A DNA stretch of 64,000 nt from Acidobacteriota bacterium (GCA_046726155.1 JBKOZZ010000025.1:8167-72166), one strand, 5' to 3'. Numbered from the stretch's first letter, positions 1-9,090 are shown. Program-made: numbers and translations. The notes: generated by a model not told the origin, from the sequence alone.

Positions 1-762
<762 letters not shown>

Positions 763-766
<4 letters not shown>

Positions 767-1188
767 CGCGCGGTCACGCTAAACGTAGTCTTGCCTTTGC
801 CTGCCGAGCCTTCATAAGCAAGTTGCCCTTGCCACTCGCCGGCAACATCAATATTCACCTTGCCGCGATAAACTCCAGGGGTACCTGTGGTGGTGAAGGT
901 AACGGCACCATTCATCGCAGCCATCCCACCCATTGCAGGCATATGAAAGTTGAGCGACACCGCGCCAACATCCACCGGTTTGCCCGACGAATCAGTGAAA
1001 GCAAGCATGATCTCCTGCTCGCCCTGTTTCAGTTGACCGGTGCTGTTGGAAAGCGTCGCAGTCAAGCTGTCGACTGTGATAGCTTTAATTGTCGTCCCTG
1101 TTGAAACGGTGCTTCCCATCTTGAATCCACAAGCCGCAAGCAGGGCTGCCACGGCAATTACGCTCACTAAAATCGCAACCTTCTTCAT
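763..1188 (-). CDS. Small lipoprotein, YtkA/FixH-like, with a Met-rich [11 protein letters not shown] motif; candidate periplasmic Cu(I)/Ag(I) binder
   Basis: Has a signal peptide with a lipobox Cys (LLAACG) and the Met cluster [15 protein letters not shown]. Its stop overlaps the cusA start in an ATGA at 763-766. The fold assignment is from memory only. Confidence 0.6.
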
Positions 1189-1241
1189 CGTTTCCTCCTT
1201 ATTTTGAACTCTGAGCTCGATTCGACGGCCTAGACATCCCC

Positions 1242-1745
1242 TTACTTATCCGTCTCTCCCCCGTACGCATGCACTATTCGCTCTCGGATCTGAGCCGGCG
1301 TTAACCCCTGGCGTTTTAGATTGTTTGCCATCAATGCCTCGCCAATGCAGATTCCACAATTTGCTCCGTGCTCATCTTCAAAACAGCTCTGAAGACTCTT
1401 GTGCCCCTGACTCATATCGCAATGGCAATAACAGGGCATCTGCGCGAGGACTTCCGGAATATCTTTCGCTGCCTGATATGCCAGCCGCACATTGCCGGCA
1501 AAAATCTCCGGCGCGAGGGTTCCCCTCAACGCATTCGACGCTGGAGTAGTGTTGTAGTGCGCGGGCAGGCGCGACATTGCCTTATGATCGTGATTCGCGG
1601 TTGTCGGCTGCGAGATAGTTGCGATCTGGCTAACCGGCGGGTCAACGGCAACCGGCTTTGTTTCGTTCTGCCTCTGAGGCCAAATGGTTATCGTTATGAC
1701 AACAAAACCAAGCGTCACCAATCCAACAATCAAAAGTTTTTTCAT
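1242..1745 (-). CDS. PCYCGC-motif (CYCxC) family membrane-anchored protein, a type typical of metal-resistance loci
   Basis: Carries the motif MPCYCHCDMSQGHKSLQSCFEDEHGANCGICIGEA and an N-terminal TM segment. I prefer the internal start MKKLLIVGL at 1745, which is preceded by aggaatcgga. Confidence 0.6.
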   Translation of the reverse strand: MKKLLIVGLVTLGFVVITITIWPQRQNETKPVAVDPPVSQIATISQPTTANHDHKAMSRLPAHYNTTPASNALRGTLAPEIFAGNVRLAYQAAKDIPEVLAQMPCYCHCDMSQGHKSLQSCFEDEHGANCGICIGEALMANNLKRQGLTPAQIRERIVHAYGGETDK

Positions 1746-1773
1746 TTCCGATTCCTTTCTAAACATGAGCCAC

Positions 1774-1899
1774 TCACAATAGACGTGGCCCCGCTACTCT
1801 TGAGCCATGCCGCTCGATCTCCATTAAGTCAACCTTGACTTCAAGATCTTCGTTGACAGTTAGGACGTGATTTGGCGCGACTCTTTGTTCGTAATTCAT
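1774..1899 (-). CDS. Candidate 41-aa small ORF (MNYEQRVAPNHVLTVNEDLEVKVDLMEIERHGSRVAGPRLL), below the ORF-track cutoff
   Basis: Found by manual translation. AAAGGAG lies 4 nt upstream of the ATG. The ORF fills an otherwise empty gap in a tightly packed minus-strand operon. I recognise no homology. Confidence 0.25.
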   Translation of the reverse strand: MNYEQRVAPNHVLTVNEDLEVKVDLMEIERHGSRVAGPRLL

Positions 1900-2057
1900 A
1901 AAGCTCCTTTCCAGAATCCCTTGTTCTCTTTCTCAAGCAGGTAGAGGTTAGAGTTCAGGCTCCCAACCGAGAAAAGCCCCGAGCAACATTTTCGATCAGC
2001 AAGCGAATGAGCATTCCCCTGACAACTTCGGCGCAATAATGTTGAGCTGCAGATCAT
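1896..2057 (-). CDS. Candidate 53-aa Cys-containing small ORF (MICSSTLLRRSCQGNAHSLADRKCCSGLFSVGSLNSNLYLLEKENKGFWKGAL)
   Basis: Found by manual translation. GAGGA lies 8 nt upstream of the ATG. Its stop overlaps the next small ORF's start in an ATGA at 1896-1899. I recognise no homology. Confidence 0.2.
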   Translation of the reverse strand: MICSSTLLRRSCQGNAHSLADRKCCSGLFSVGSLNSNLYLLEKENKGFWKGAL

Positions 2058-2087
2058 GGCTTTGTTCCTCGAGGCTTATCTCTTCAC

Positions 2088-2507
2088 TCAAAAGACGTGC
2101 TTTATCTTTTCGCCGGGGACCTGAATCTCTTCTATTACTCGCTCACCCGCGGCGTTTCGGCCGAATGTGATCTTTGTATTGCTCACGGATTTAGCGACTG
2201 GTTCCACGCGGCATTTCAATCTGACGATCTCTCTGCCTTCGACCATGCTGTACTCCTTGTAGCCAGCCGGCATCGTTACCGGCTTGAAGATGAAAACGTG
2301 ATCGGCTCCCTCGACCACGTGCTGCACGTGGTACATCCCGGGTTCGAGCAGACGGTCGCCTACCCTCACCTTTGAATCCAACCTCACCATTCCCTTCTTA
2401 CCAACGTTAAGATGGTCTGTGTGTTGAGCCAGAACTTGAGAAGCGACCACTCCAAGAGCAATGACAAGTGCGATGGCTGTTGCGATGGATTTCTTTTTGC
2501 TTTTCAT
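2088..2507 (-). CDS. Secreted hypothetical protein, 139 aa
   Basis: ORF with a clear signal peptide (MKSKKKSIATAIALVIALGVVASQVLA). It lies in an operon with metal-related genes. Confidence 0.55.
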   Translation of the reverse strand: MKSKKKSIATAIALVIALGVVASQVLAQHTDHLNVGKKGMVRLDSKVRVGDRLLEPGMYHVQHVVEGADHVFIFKPVTMPAGYKEYSMVEGREIVRLKCRVEPVAKSVSNTKITFGRNAAGERVIEEIQVPGEKIKHVF

Positions 2508-2741
2508 GACCTCTTTCCTTTTGCCTGCTTCACAAACTGAAGCGTTGTCCTATCTGCGTTACTGTGCCGTGACCGTGAACGAAGTTTGATCCCTTCCAGA
2601 AGTAAACGGTCCTTAACCCGGCGGGCGAGCATCAGCGATCGGAACGAATTGATCCGATCGATACACGCCTGCCCTATCTGTCTGGTAGCCACGAATTCGG
2701 GACCAACCCTGACAGAAGACAGACTACGGCCTTGTTGGGGA

Positions 2742-3128
2742 TTAGATCAGAAGAGCGAGATTGCGAAGATAGGTAGGTCCAGTGGCGGGCGGCCCATGGA
2801 AATGATCGATACGTCGAAACAGCAACGAGAGGTTTGGCAACGGTTGCGTAATCGCCGGATGTAACGACGGACGCGCTGGCGAAGGCGGCGTAACGCGTAC
2901 AACGCTAAGCGGCGAAGTGGTTCCGTTCTGAGCGCAGCTAAGTACGCAACACAGCTTCGCGCCGGCAACCTCAGGCGTGTCTCTTTGCATGAGCGCGGCT
3001 TTGCAACAATCCATATCTGTCATGCCGCCCATGCTGCATTCGCTCTCGCCGAAGCGCAGAGGCACACCGGCAAATACTCCGCCGGTCAGCACGAGCAAAA
3101 GGAACAACGATGCGAGCCGCCTTTTCAT
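2742..3128 (-). CDS. Secreted Cys-rich protein (CC and CCxxSC motifs), first gene of the cusA-proximal operon
   Basis: Contains MKRRLASLFLLLVLTGGVFAG followed by ECSMGGMTDMDCCKA and KLCCVLSCAQ. I chose the ATG at 3128 over the GTG at 3140. It shares a C-terminal HGPP...L.N..LI motif with the 11909..12448 product. Confidence 0.55.
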   Translation of the reverse strand: MKRRLASLFLLLVLTGGVFAGVPLRFGESECSMGGMTDMDCCKAALMQRDTPEVAGAKLCCVLSCAQNGTTSPLSVVRVTPPSPARPSLHPAITQPLPNLSLLFRRIDHFHGPPATGPTYLRNLALLI

Positions 3129-3133
3129 GATCG

Positions 3134-3168
3134 TTAGCACTTTATTGAAAAGTGCTAATCGAAGTCAA
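3134..3168 (-). promoter_or_regulatory. Putative sigma70 promoter (-35 TTGACT at 3163-3168, 18-nt spacer, -10 TAAAGT at 3139-3144) overlapped by a 10-5-10 palindrome, TTAGCACTTT-ATTGA-AAAGTGCTAA, at 3134-3158
   Basis: Read directly on the minus strand as ...aggTTGACTtcgattagcacttttcaaTAAAGTgctaacgatcATG. The palindrome covers the -10 element and ends 6 nt before the ATG, which implies a nearly leaderless mRNA. Confidence 0.35.
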
Positions 3169-3336
3169 CCTTTCAATTCTTGCCCGGCCTGGATAGCGGT
3201 CCAGACGCATACATTCACCGCAGCATTCCGCAACAGCCGTGCCCAAGACTTTGCGGGTGTTTTTACTGGTCGCAGAACTGTATCTGCGCAAATTCTCGCG
3301 GCAAGCGCGGAGAATCTCGCTAGCCGAATCCTGCCT

Positions 3337-5847
3337 CTAAAGAGACACGCGCCTTAGCCGCAGAGCATTGCCAATAACCGAAACTGAACTGAAGCTCATC
3401 GCCGCCGCAGCGATCATTGGGCTTAGTAGAATCCCGACAAATGGATAAAGAACGCCCGCCGCGATTGGCACGCCAATCGAATTGTAGACGAATGCGAAGA
3501 AGAGATTCTGTTTGATGTTGCGCATCGTTGCTCGGCTCAAATGAATTGCTCGAACGATTCCTCGTAAGTCGCCTTTCACCAACGTGACACCGGCGCTCTG
3601 CATCGCAACATCCGTCCCCGTTCCCATGGCAATACCCACCTGAGCTTGTGCAAGTGCGGGAGCGTCATTAATGCCATCACCCGCCATCGCGACCTTTCGA
3701 CCTTCACTCTGAAACCGTTTCACGATTTCGGCTTTCTGATTAGGCAACACTTCGGCTACTACCTCGTCAATGTTGAGTTTGCTGGCGACTGCCTGTGCCG
3801 TTGTGTGGCTGTCGCCAGTTAGCATCACTACCTTGATCCCCTGGTCGTGCAGTTGTTTGATCGCCTCCGGCGTCGATTCCTTGATCGGATCGGCCACGCC
3901 AAGCAACCCGGCAGGTTTGCCCTCAACGGTAACAAACATGACAGTCTGACCATCTGCGCGGAACTTTTCCGCTTGCGCTGCGAGTTCACCCGGATTGATT
4001 CCGAGTTCATCCAGTAAGGCACTATTGCCCAGACTCACTGATTGCCCATCAATCTGTCCTTTAACGCCTTTACCGGTGATGGACGCAAACGACTCCGTTT
4101 TCGTAAGCTGAACTCCGCGCTCCTGACCGCCACTAACTATTGCCGCAGCCAGCGGATGTTCACTACCGCGTTCAAGACTTGCCGCAAGACGCAGTAATTC
4201 CTGCTCATTGAACCCGTCGGCGGGCGCCACCGTGATCAGCTTTGGCTTTCCTTCCGTGAGCGTCCCGGTCTTATCGACTACCAAAGTATCAATTTCACGA
4301 AGTACCTCAATCGCCTCTGCGTTCTTGAACAACACCCCAACTTGCGCGCCCTTGCCTGTAGCAACCATGATCGACATCGGCGTTGCTAACCCCAGCGCGC
4401 AGGGACAGGCGATGATCAGTACAGCGACGGCGTTGATGATCGCGTAGGCCATGCGCGGTTCTGGGCCAATTATTGCCCACACTATGAAGGTGATGATGGC
4501 AATCAGAATCACGGCCGGAACAAAGTAACTCGAGACTACATCTGCGAGCTTTTGGATCGGCGCGCGACTGCGTTGTGCTTCCGCGACCATCTGCACGATC
4601 TGCGCCAGCAGCGTCTCTGAGCCAACTCGCTCGGCTTTGATCACGAGTGAGCCGGTTCCATTTATGGTTGCGCCGATCACACGATCACCCGATCGCTTCT
4701 CGACTGGGATTGATTCACCGGTGACCATCGACTCATCTACCGAACTCGTTCCTTCGAGGACGACGCTATCGACCGGAATCTTTTCGCCGGGACGCACGCG
4801 CAAACGGTCATCCTTGTGCACCTGATCGAGCGGTACATCCTGTTCAGTGCCATCTGGCGCGATCCGACGCGCCGTTTTCGGCGCCAGACCCAGCAACGCT
4901 TTAATTGCCGCGCTCGTTGAGCTGCGTGCTTTGAGTTCCAGAACCTGGCCTAAAAGAACAAGCGTTGTAATAACCGCCGCCGCTTCGAAATAAACAGGCA
5001 CGTTCCCCATCTCATCGCGAAATGAAGCTGGAAAGATCTGCGGGAGCAATGTGGCAATAACGCTAAAGAGGTAAGCTACAGCTACACCGAGTCCGATCAG
5101 CGTGAACATATTTAGACTGCGGTTCACAATTGACTGCCAGAAGCGCACGAAGAAAGGCCAACCACCCCAGAGCACCACCGGCGACGCCAGCGCCAGTTGA
5201 ATCCAGGAAAGTGCCTCCATTGGCACCAGGCCCACTAATGGAGAGCCGGGAATGAACTCACTCATGCCGATTACCAGCAGCGGCAAACTGAGCACAACAC
5301 TCACCCAGAAGCGCCGGCGCATGTCTTTTAGTTCGTGATTCTCCTCCTCGTCGAGAGCGATGATCCGCGGTTCGAGAGCCATGCCGCAGATCGGGCAAAA
5401 CCCAGGGCCATCGCGAATAATCTGAGGGTGCATCGGGCATGTGTATTCAACCTTCTCCTTTGGCGCGGTCACGGTCGCCGGCTCCAGAGACATGCCGCAC
5501 TTTGGACACGAGCCAGGTTTTGGCTCGCGCAGCTCGGGATGCATTGGACAGGTGTAGAGTCTCGAGTCTTTCGCGGTAGGGGTCTGAGCCTGTGCTGGCT
5601 GAATCGCGATCGGCTGCGGCGTTGGTGGCTGAGCCGCCGCGTTAATATAGCGCTCGGGATCCTCACGAAACTTTTGCAAACAGCGAGTACTGCAGAAGTA
5701 ATAAATCTTTCCCTTATGGTCAAACGAGGCGGCTGCCGATTGGGAATCGACCGCCATGCCGCAGACAGGATCGATTAATGCTTCGGCTTGGTTCCTTGCA
5801 GATGATTTGTCATTAAGCTTGGAACGCATTTTTTCCCCTGGTCTCAT
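3337..5847 (-). CDS. copA: Copper-translocating P1B-type ATPase with an N-terminal YHS/TRASH domain and two CPxHP...CPxCGM metal-binding modules
   Basis: Carries the CPC transmembrane motif ([11 protein letters not shown]), DKTGTLT, TGDS and GDGINDAP. N-terminal modules are DPVCGMAV...YYFCSTRC plus [19 protein letters not shown] and [19 protein letters not shown]. Confidence 0.95.
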   Translation of the reverse strand: MRPGEKMRSKLNDKSSARNQAEALIDPVCGMAVDSQSAAASFDHKGKIYYFCSTRCLQKFREDPERYINAAAQPPTPQPIAIQPAQAQTPTAKDSRLYTCPMHPELREPKPGSCPKCGMSLEPATVTAPKEKVEYTCPMHPQIIRDGPGFCPICGMALEPRIIALDEEENHELKDMRRRFWVSVVLSLPLLVIGMSEFIPGSPLVGLVPMEALSWIQLALASPVVLWGGWPFFVRFWQSIVNRSLNMFTLIGLGVAVAYLFSVIATLLPQIFPASFRDEMGNVPVYFEAAAVITTLVLLGQVLELKARSSTSAAIKALLGLAPKTARRIAPDGTEQDVPLDQVHKDDRLRVRPGEKIPVDSVVLEGTSSVDESMVTGESIPVEKRSGDRVIGATINGTGSLVIKAERVGSETLLAQIVQMVAEAQRSRAPIQKLADVVSSYFVPAVILIAIITFIVWAIIGPEPRMAYAIINAVAVLIIACPCALGLATPMSIMVATGKGAQVGVLFKNAEAIEVLREIDTLVVDKTGTLTEGKPKLITVAPADGFNEQELLRLAASLERGSEHPLAAAIVSGGQERGVQLTKTESFASITGKGVKGQIDGQSVSLGNSALLDELGINPGELAAQAEKFRADGQTVMFVTVEGKPAGLLGVADPIKESTPEAIKQLHDQGIKVVMLTGDSHTTAQAVASKLNIDEVVAEVLPNQKAEIVKRFQSEGRKVAMAGDGINDAPALAQAQVGIAMGTGTDVAMQSAGVTLVKGDLRGIVRAIHLSRATMRNIKQNLFFAFVYNSIGVPIAAGVLYPFVGILLSPMIAAAAMSFSSVSVIGNALRLRRVSL

Positions 5848-5892
5848 AGTCTTTTACTGCTCCCGGGATCATCGACGCGCCTGGCGCTGAGT

Positions 5893-6054
5893 GGTGGGTC
5901 AGTTTGATGTCCGATAAGCTTTTAGCTTGTCGCGGAGCCACGACAAACTAAAGGAAGCTCTGATTAAGTGCTCAACTCCTTGGAGTGGACGCTTCCACTT
6001 GATCAGAGGTTCCTAAAGTTTATCGGACACTCTCAACGAAACTGACCCACTACT
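5893..6054. mobile_element. MITE-like non-autonomous element, family A copy 1 (162 bp). It has 12-bp perfect terminal inverted repeats and is flanked by an 11-bp direct repeat
   Basis: The inverted repeats are GTGGGTCAGTTT at 5894-5905 and AAACTGACCCAC at 6039-6050. The direct repeat TGGCGCTGAGT lies at 5882-5892 and 6055-6065. The element aligns end to end with 24810-24907 in the opposite orientation, except for an internal 59-bp insert. Confidence 0.6.
5954..6012. repeat. 59-bp palindromic element nested inside the family A MITE and flanked by a CTAAAG direct repeat
   Basis: The arms GAAGCTCTGATTAAGTG...CACTTGATCAGAGGTTC form inverted repeats. CTAAAG occurs at 5948-5953 and 6013-6018, whereas the uninterrupted copy at 24810-24907 has a single CTTTAG/CTAAAG at this point. 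Confidence 0.55.
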
Positions 6055-6189
6055 TGGCGCTGAGTTCCCCCGTGACAAGCGAAAATGATGGCGCTATAGT
6101 TCTCAACTTCACCACTTCAGGCCATTGGCGACACGGATTTTCGATTTCCGTGGCGGTTTTATATTTTCTTTTGGCACAGGAGGACTCAA

Positions 6190-6429
6190 ATGCGACGGAC
6201 TCTAGTACTTCTGCTTTTGCTTACATTCACCGTTTTCTGGGCTGGTTGTACGACGGCCAACAACTCAAATACTGCAAACGCGAACATGACGGCGACTCCG
6301 GCCAACGCCAACACAGCCCCGGTGAACACAAACAAAGCGAACATGCCGGCAAACATGAATATGAATGCCAACGAGCACATGAACATGAACATGGGCAATA
6401 AGAACGCAAAGGCTACTAAGAGTCCGTAA
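6190..6429 (+). CDS. 79-aa lipoprotein with an Asn/Met/Ala-rich low-complexity body (…NMPANMNMNANEHMNMNMGN…)
   Basis: AGGAGG lies 7 nt upstream of the ATG. The signal peptide ends in a lipobox (FWAGC). The gene is divergent from copA. Confidence 0.55.
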   Translation: MRRTLVLLLLLTFTVFWAGCTTANNSNTANANMTATPANANTAPVNTNKANMPANMNMNANEHMNMNMGNKNAKATKSP

Positions 6430-6509
6430 GCTGTCACGACTCCAGACACAGCCCTCTTCAGTTTTGCTGAAGTGCCTTAGCGAGCAACAGCCGCTGAAGT
6501 CTCAACCTA

Positions 6510-6878
6510 CTACGTGGCAGCCTCGATTTCTGTTACGCGAATTGTCCTGCCACTGACTCGACCCGTGACTTTGACTTTCTGTCCGGCAAAATCGCGAGCC
6601 TTTTCTTGTCCCGTTTTATCCAGTTGGTAGACACGCTTGTGGTCGCGGTCGGCCAGGACAAACTTTCCCTTCTTCACGCACATTAGCGTGCACGATTTGT
6701 CGTCGCCCATGCCGGGCATATGTTTTAGTCCGCAATGGTTGTCGCTGACGTAACCCACCACTGAGGTTTGAGGCTGTGCTTTACTGTTGCTGTTCTGCGC
6801 GCTGGTCGTCAATGAAAGCGCCAGAGACGCAACGAGTGCCAATGATATTGAAGTTAATTTTACAAAACGCATTTTCAT
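6510..6878 (-). CDS. Secreted hypothetical protein, 122 aa, with an HCGLKHMPGMGDDKSC motif
   Basis: ORF with signal peptide MKMRFVKLTSISLALVASLALSLTTSA and a Cys/His/Met cluster. It is the last gene of the long minus-strand metal operon. Confidence 0.55.
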   Translation of the reverse strand: MKMRFVKLTSISLALVASLALSLTTSAQNSNSKAQPQTSVVGYVSDNHCGLKHMPGMGDDKSCTLMCVKKGKFVLADRDHKRVYQLDKTGQEKARDFAGQKVKVTGRVSGRTIRVTEIEAAT

Positions 6879-6935
6879 TTCTCCTTCGTGTTTCTTTTGT
6901 TTTTAGGTTAGAGAGATTTTCCAAACTGTACCCCC

Positions 6936-7478
6936 TTACGGCTTGGTTGCCGGAGTTGGCGCAGCAGCCGGAGCACGGCGCGGCGCGCTCGAATGCCAAT
7001 GAACGATGCGCCATTGCCCGTCTCGCTGTTCGAGAATCGCCGTGCCCAAGCCTCCGCCGTCGACGTGGCGCGGTTTTCCGTTGTCAACAACATCAGCAGT
7101 GATCGTGTACCTGAAAGTGGCCCAGGCAGTCTTTCCGGCTAGATGAATCCTAATGTCGCTGAAAGCATATTTCGTGTTTTTCATCTCGGCCATTTCGGGA
7201 ACGAGATGATGATCGCGGTAATCAGCCCAGCCGTAATTCGCGTGACCGCTCTCGAATACGGTCAACGATTCATCGTTGACCCAAATCTTAGTTGCCTCAC
7301 CGATGTCGTTCTTCTCGAAGCTTGATGCGCTTTTCATTAACGCTTCACGCACGGCTGATTCGTCGTCGCTGTTTGCTTGAACTCCGAATGGAACCACTGC
7401 AACCACATTAACGGCGGTAGTAACAAGAGCCAACAGTGTACCCGTTGCAAGACTTCGTATTCTTGTTTGTTTTTGCAT
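6936..7478 (-). CDS. Secreted NTF2-like (SnoaL/DUF4440-type) protein
   Basis: Has a signal peptide and the C-terminal pattern GKTAWATFRYTI...LEQRDGQWRIVHWHSS, which is typical of DUF4440/SnoaL folds. Assignment is from memory. Confidence 0.5.
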   Translation of the reverse strand: MQKQTRIRSLATGTLLALVTTAVNVVAVVPFGVQANSDDESAVREALMKSASSFEKNDIGEATKIWVNDESLTVFESGHANYGWADYRDHHLVPEMAEMKNTKYAFSDIRIHLAGKTAWATFRYTITADVVDNGKPRHVDGGGLGTAILEQRDGQWRIVHWHSSAPRRAPAAAPTPATKP

Positions 7479-7537
7479 TTAGGAAATTCTCCTCGGATCT
7501 AATGAATTTCGTAGCAATATTTTGCACTCCCGTTGAC

Positions 7538-7993
7538 TCAGGGTTCTACTTGAACAATCAACATCAATCCGCCACCACCTTGCTGCTCGACGTTGTTGTT
7601 TGTTGTGTGGTGCGGAATGTGACAGTGAAACAGCCACTTCCCAGGAAGCCGGGCCGGCCAAATTACGTCAAAGCGTTGGCCCGGTCCGACGTTTACAGTA
7701 TCAGCCATGTAACGAGCACTTTCCGGTAGAGTTTGACCATCAACCGCAACCACTTGAAATGGCCCGCCGTGCATGTGCATTGGATGTATGAAGTTGTTGT
7801 TTGTGCCAATGATGCGCAGCTTTAGTTTTTGGCCCATCCGCATCTTGATCGTGTCGGTGGCCGGATAGGCCTTTCCATTGATAGTGAAATAGTTCGGCAA
7901 TCCACCCTCCATGAGCATGGCTGGGTAGGTTAGCCACTCGCGTTTCAGCCACTCCTGTAGCTGAACCACATATTCGAGTCCTACCGAGACCAT
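7538..7993 (-). CDS. Multicopper oxidase, C-terminal cupredoxin domain only; probably a truncated remnant
   Basis: Carries the copper-ligand motifs HPMHMHG and HCHIPHH in 151 aa. No N-terminal HxH / WHxH domain is present, and only 53 nt separate it from the upstream gene. Confidence 0.6.
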   Translation of the reverse strand: MVSVGLEYVVQLQEWLKREWLTYPAMLMEGGLPNYFTINGKAYPATDTIKMRMGQKLKLRIIGTNNNFIHPMHMHGGPFQVVAVDGQTLPESARYMADTVNVGPGQRFDVIWPARLPGKWLFHCHIPHHTTNNNVEQQGGGGLMLIVQVEP

Positions 7994-8046
7994 ACTGGCT
8001 CACGCGGAAGACGCCTGCCGGTCACTTGGCGTAATAGCGCTACGAC

Positions 8047-9090
8047 TCATGCTGATTTTCTCTTTATCCACGTCTTTCGAATGCGCCAGGTAACAATTGC
8101 TAAGATCACGATGGTGAATAGCACGATGATGGCGGCCAAGCCCCTCTCTCCCGGGACAACAGCGAGTGTTGTTACCGCGCCATTCCGTGAAATCTTTCGA
8201 ATTCGAGGGCTGCCCAGCCGATCTTCAAGCGTGGAGACCTGAAGAAGCGTGCTTGGTCCATAAGGGTTGCCCATGCGCTCGACAACGTAGACATCGGTTG
8301 CCGCCGTGGCAACGCCAACCGGCACCCAGGGCCATCTTGAACTCAGGACCGTGGTGATTCTGCCATCCGGGCTCAGTTTGAAAACAGATCGCTTCCAGTA
8401 GTTGGCGACGTACACGTTGTTCTCAGCATCAACGGCGAGCCCCATTCTGCGCACAAGTCTCTCTTCTCCGCCTTCGGCGTAACATGCTTCCTCGCTATGT
8501 GCCAGTGACGAGACGGTTCCATCCGGACTCACTTTACGTATGTGCTGTTCTTCATCCAGCATGTACAAAGTTTCATCAGGTCCCCACGCAGCCGAGTTCA
8601 CTCTGCCAAATTTCGCCGCAGAGCCTTTGGCATCGCTATGACCCCAGTCGCTGCCGGCCACAAGTGCGATTTTTCCGTCCGATGTTCTCCGATAGATTTG
8701 AGATTCACGCTTGAGATGGATGTCGCCATTCGTAAAGTAGATGCTGCCGTGGTGATCTATCGCAAAAGGCCAACCAAACTCTTTCGGGATATCCGTGGAG
8801 CGTAGAACCTCTGTGATGTTTCCCTGTGGAGTAATTCTCAAGACGTTCTCCCTGATGATATACAGATTGCCGTCATCAGCGACAATCAAAACATCCAAGT
8901 GCATATCTTGGGTTAGAGATGTTAGTTGGCCGTCTGAGTCGAGACGCCAGATGCGGTTATGAAGAGTATCAATGAAATACACGCGGCCCTGGCGATCAAG
9001 ATCAATGCCGGTGCCCACGTGCCCCTCCACGAGAGCGCCATGGAATCCGCAGGTTATCAGAACCGTAACTATGACGATGCTTCTTCCCAT
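8047..9090 (-). CDS. NHL/beta-propeller repeat protein with a C-terminal TM anchor
   Basis: Shows repeated ...G.(I/V)Y(F/V).D... blades (GRVYFIDT, GNLYII, GSIYFTNG, ETLYMLD, NNVYVANY, TDVYVVE) and a C-terminal hydrophobic segment, LAAIIVLFTIVILAIVTW. Confidence 0.6.
   Translation of the reverse strand: MGRSIVIVTVLITCGFHGALVEGHVGTGIDLDRQGRVYFIDTLHNRIWRLDSDGQLTSLTQDMHLDVLIVADDGNLYIIRENVLRITPQGNITEVLRSTDIPKEFGWPFAIDHHGSIYFTNGDIHLKRESQIYRRTSDGKIALVAGSDWGHSDAKGSAAKFGRVNSAAWGPDETLYMLDEEQHIRKVSPDGTVSSLAHSEEACYAEGGEERLVRRMGLAVDAENNVYVANYWKRSVFKLSPDGRITTVLSSRWPWVPVGVATAATDVYVVERMGNPYGPSTLLQVSTLEDRLGSPRIRKISRNGAVTTLAVVPGERGLAAIIVLFTIVILAIVTWRIRKTWIKRKSA

Noticed and set aside
2504-2692. 62-aa Arg/Lys-rich minus-strand ORF whose stop overlaps the start of 2088..2507 in an ATGA
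   Set aside because: It starts at a GTG with no convincing SD and has no recognisable fold. I do not call it as a feature, although the operon packing makes it worth checking alongside the two smaller ORFs at 1774-2057.
6186-6449. 87-aa very hydrophobic minus-strand ORF opposite the Asn/Met-rich lipoprotein ORF
   Set aside because: It arises from the complementary reading of AAC/ATG-rich low-complexity DNA, which gives Phe/Val/Ala/Met. It has no SD, whereas the plus-strand ORF has AGGAGG and a lipobox. I keep it only as an alternative to be excluded by expression data.
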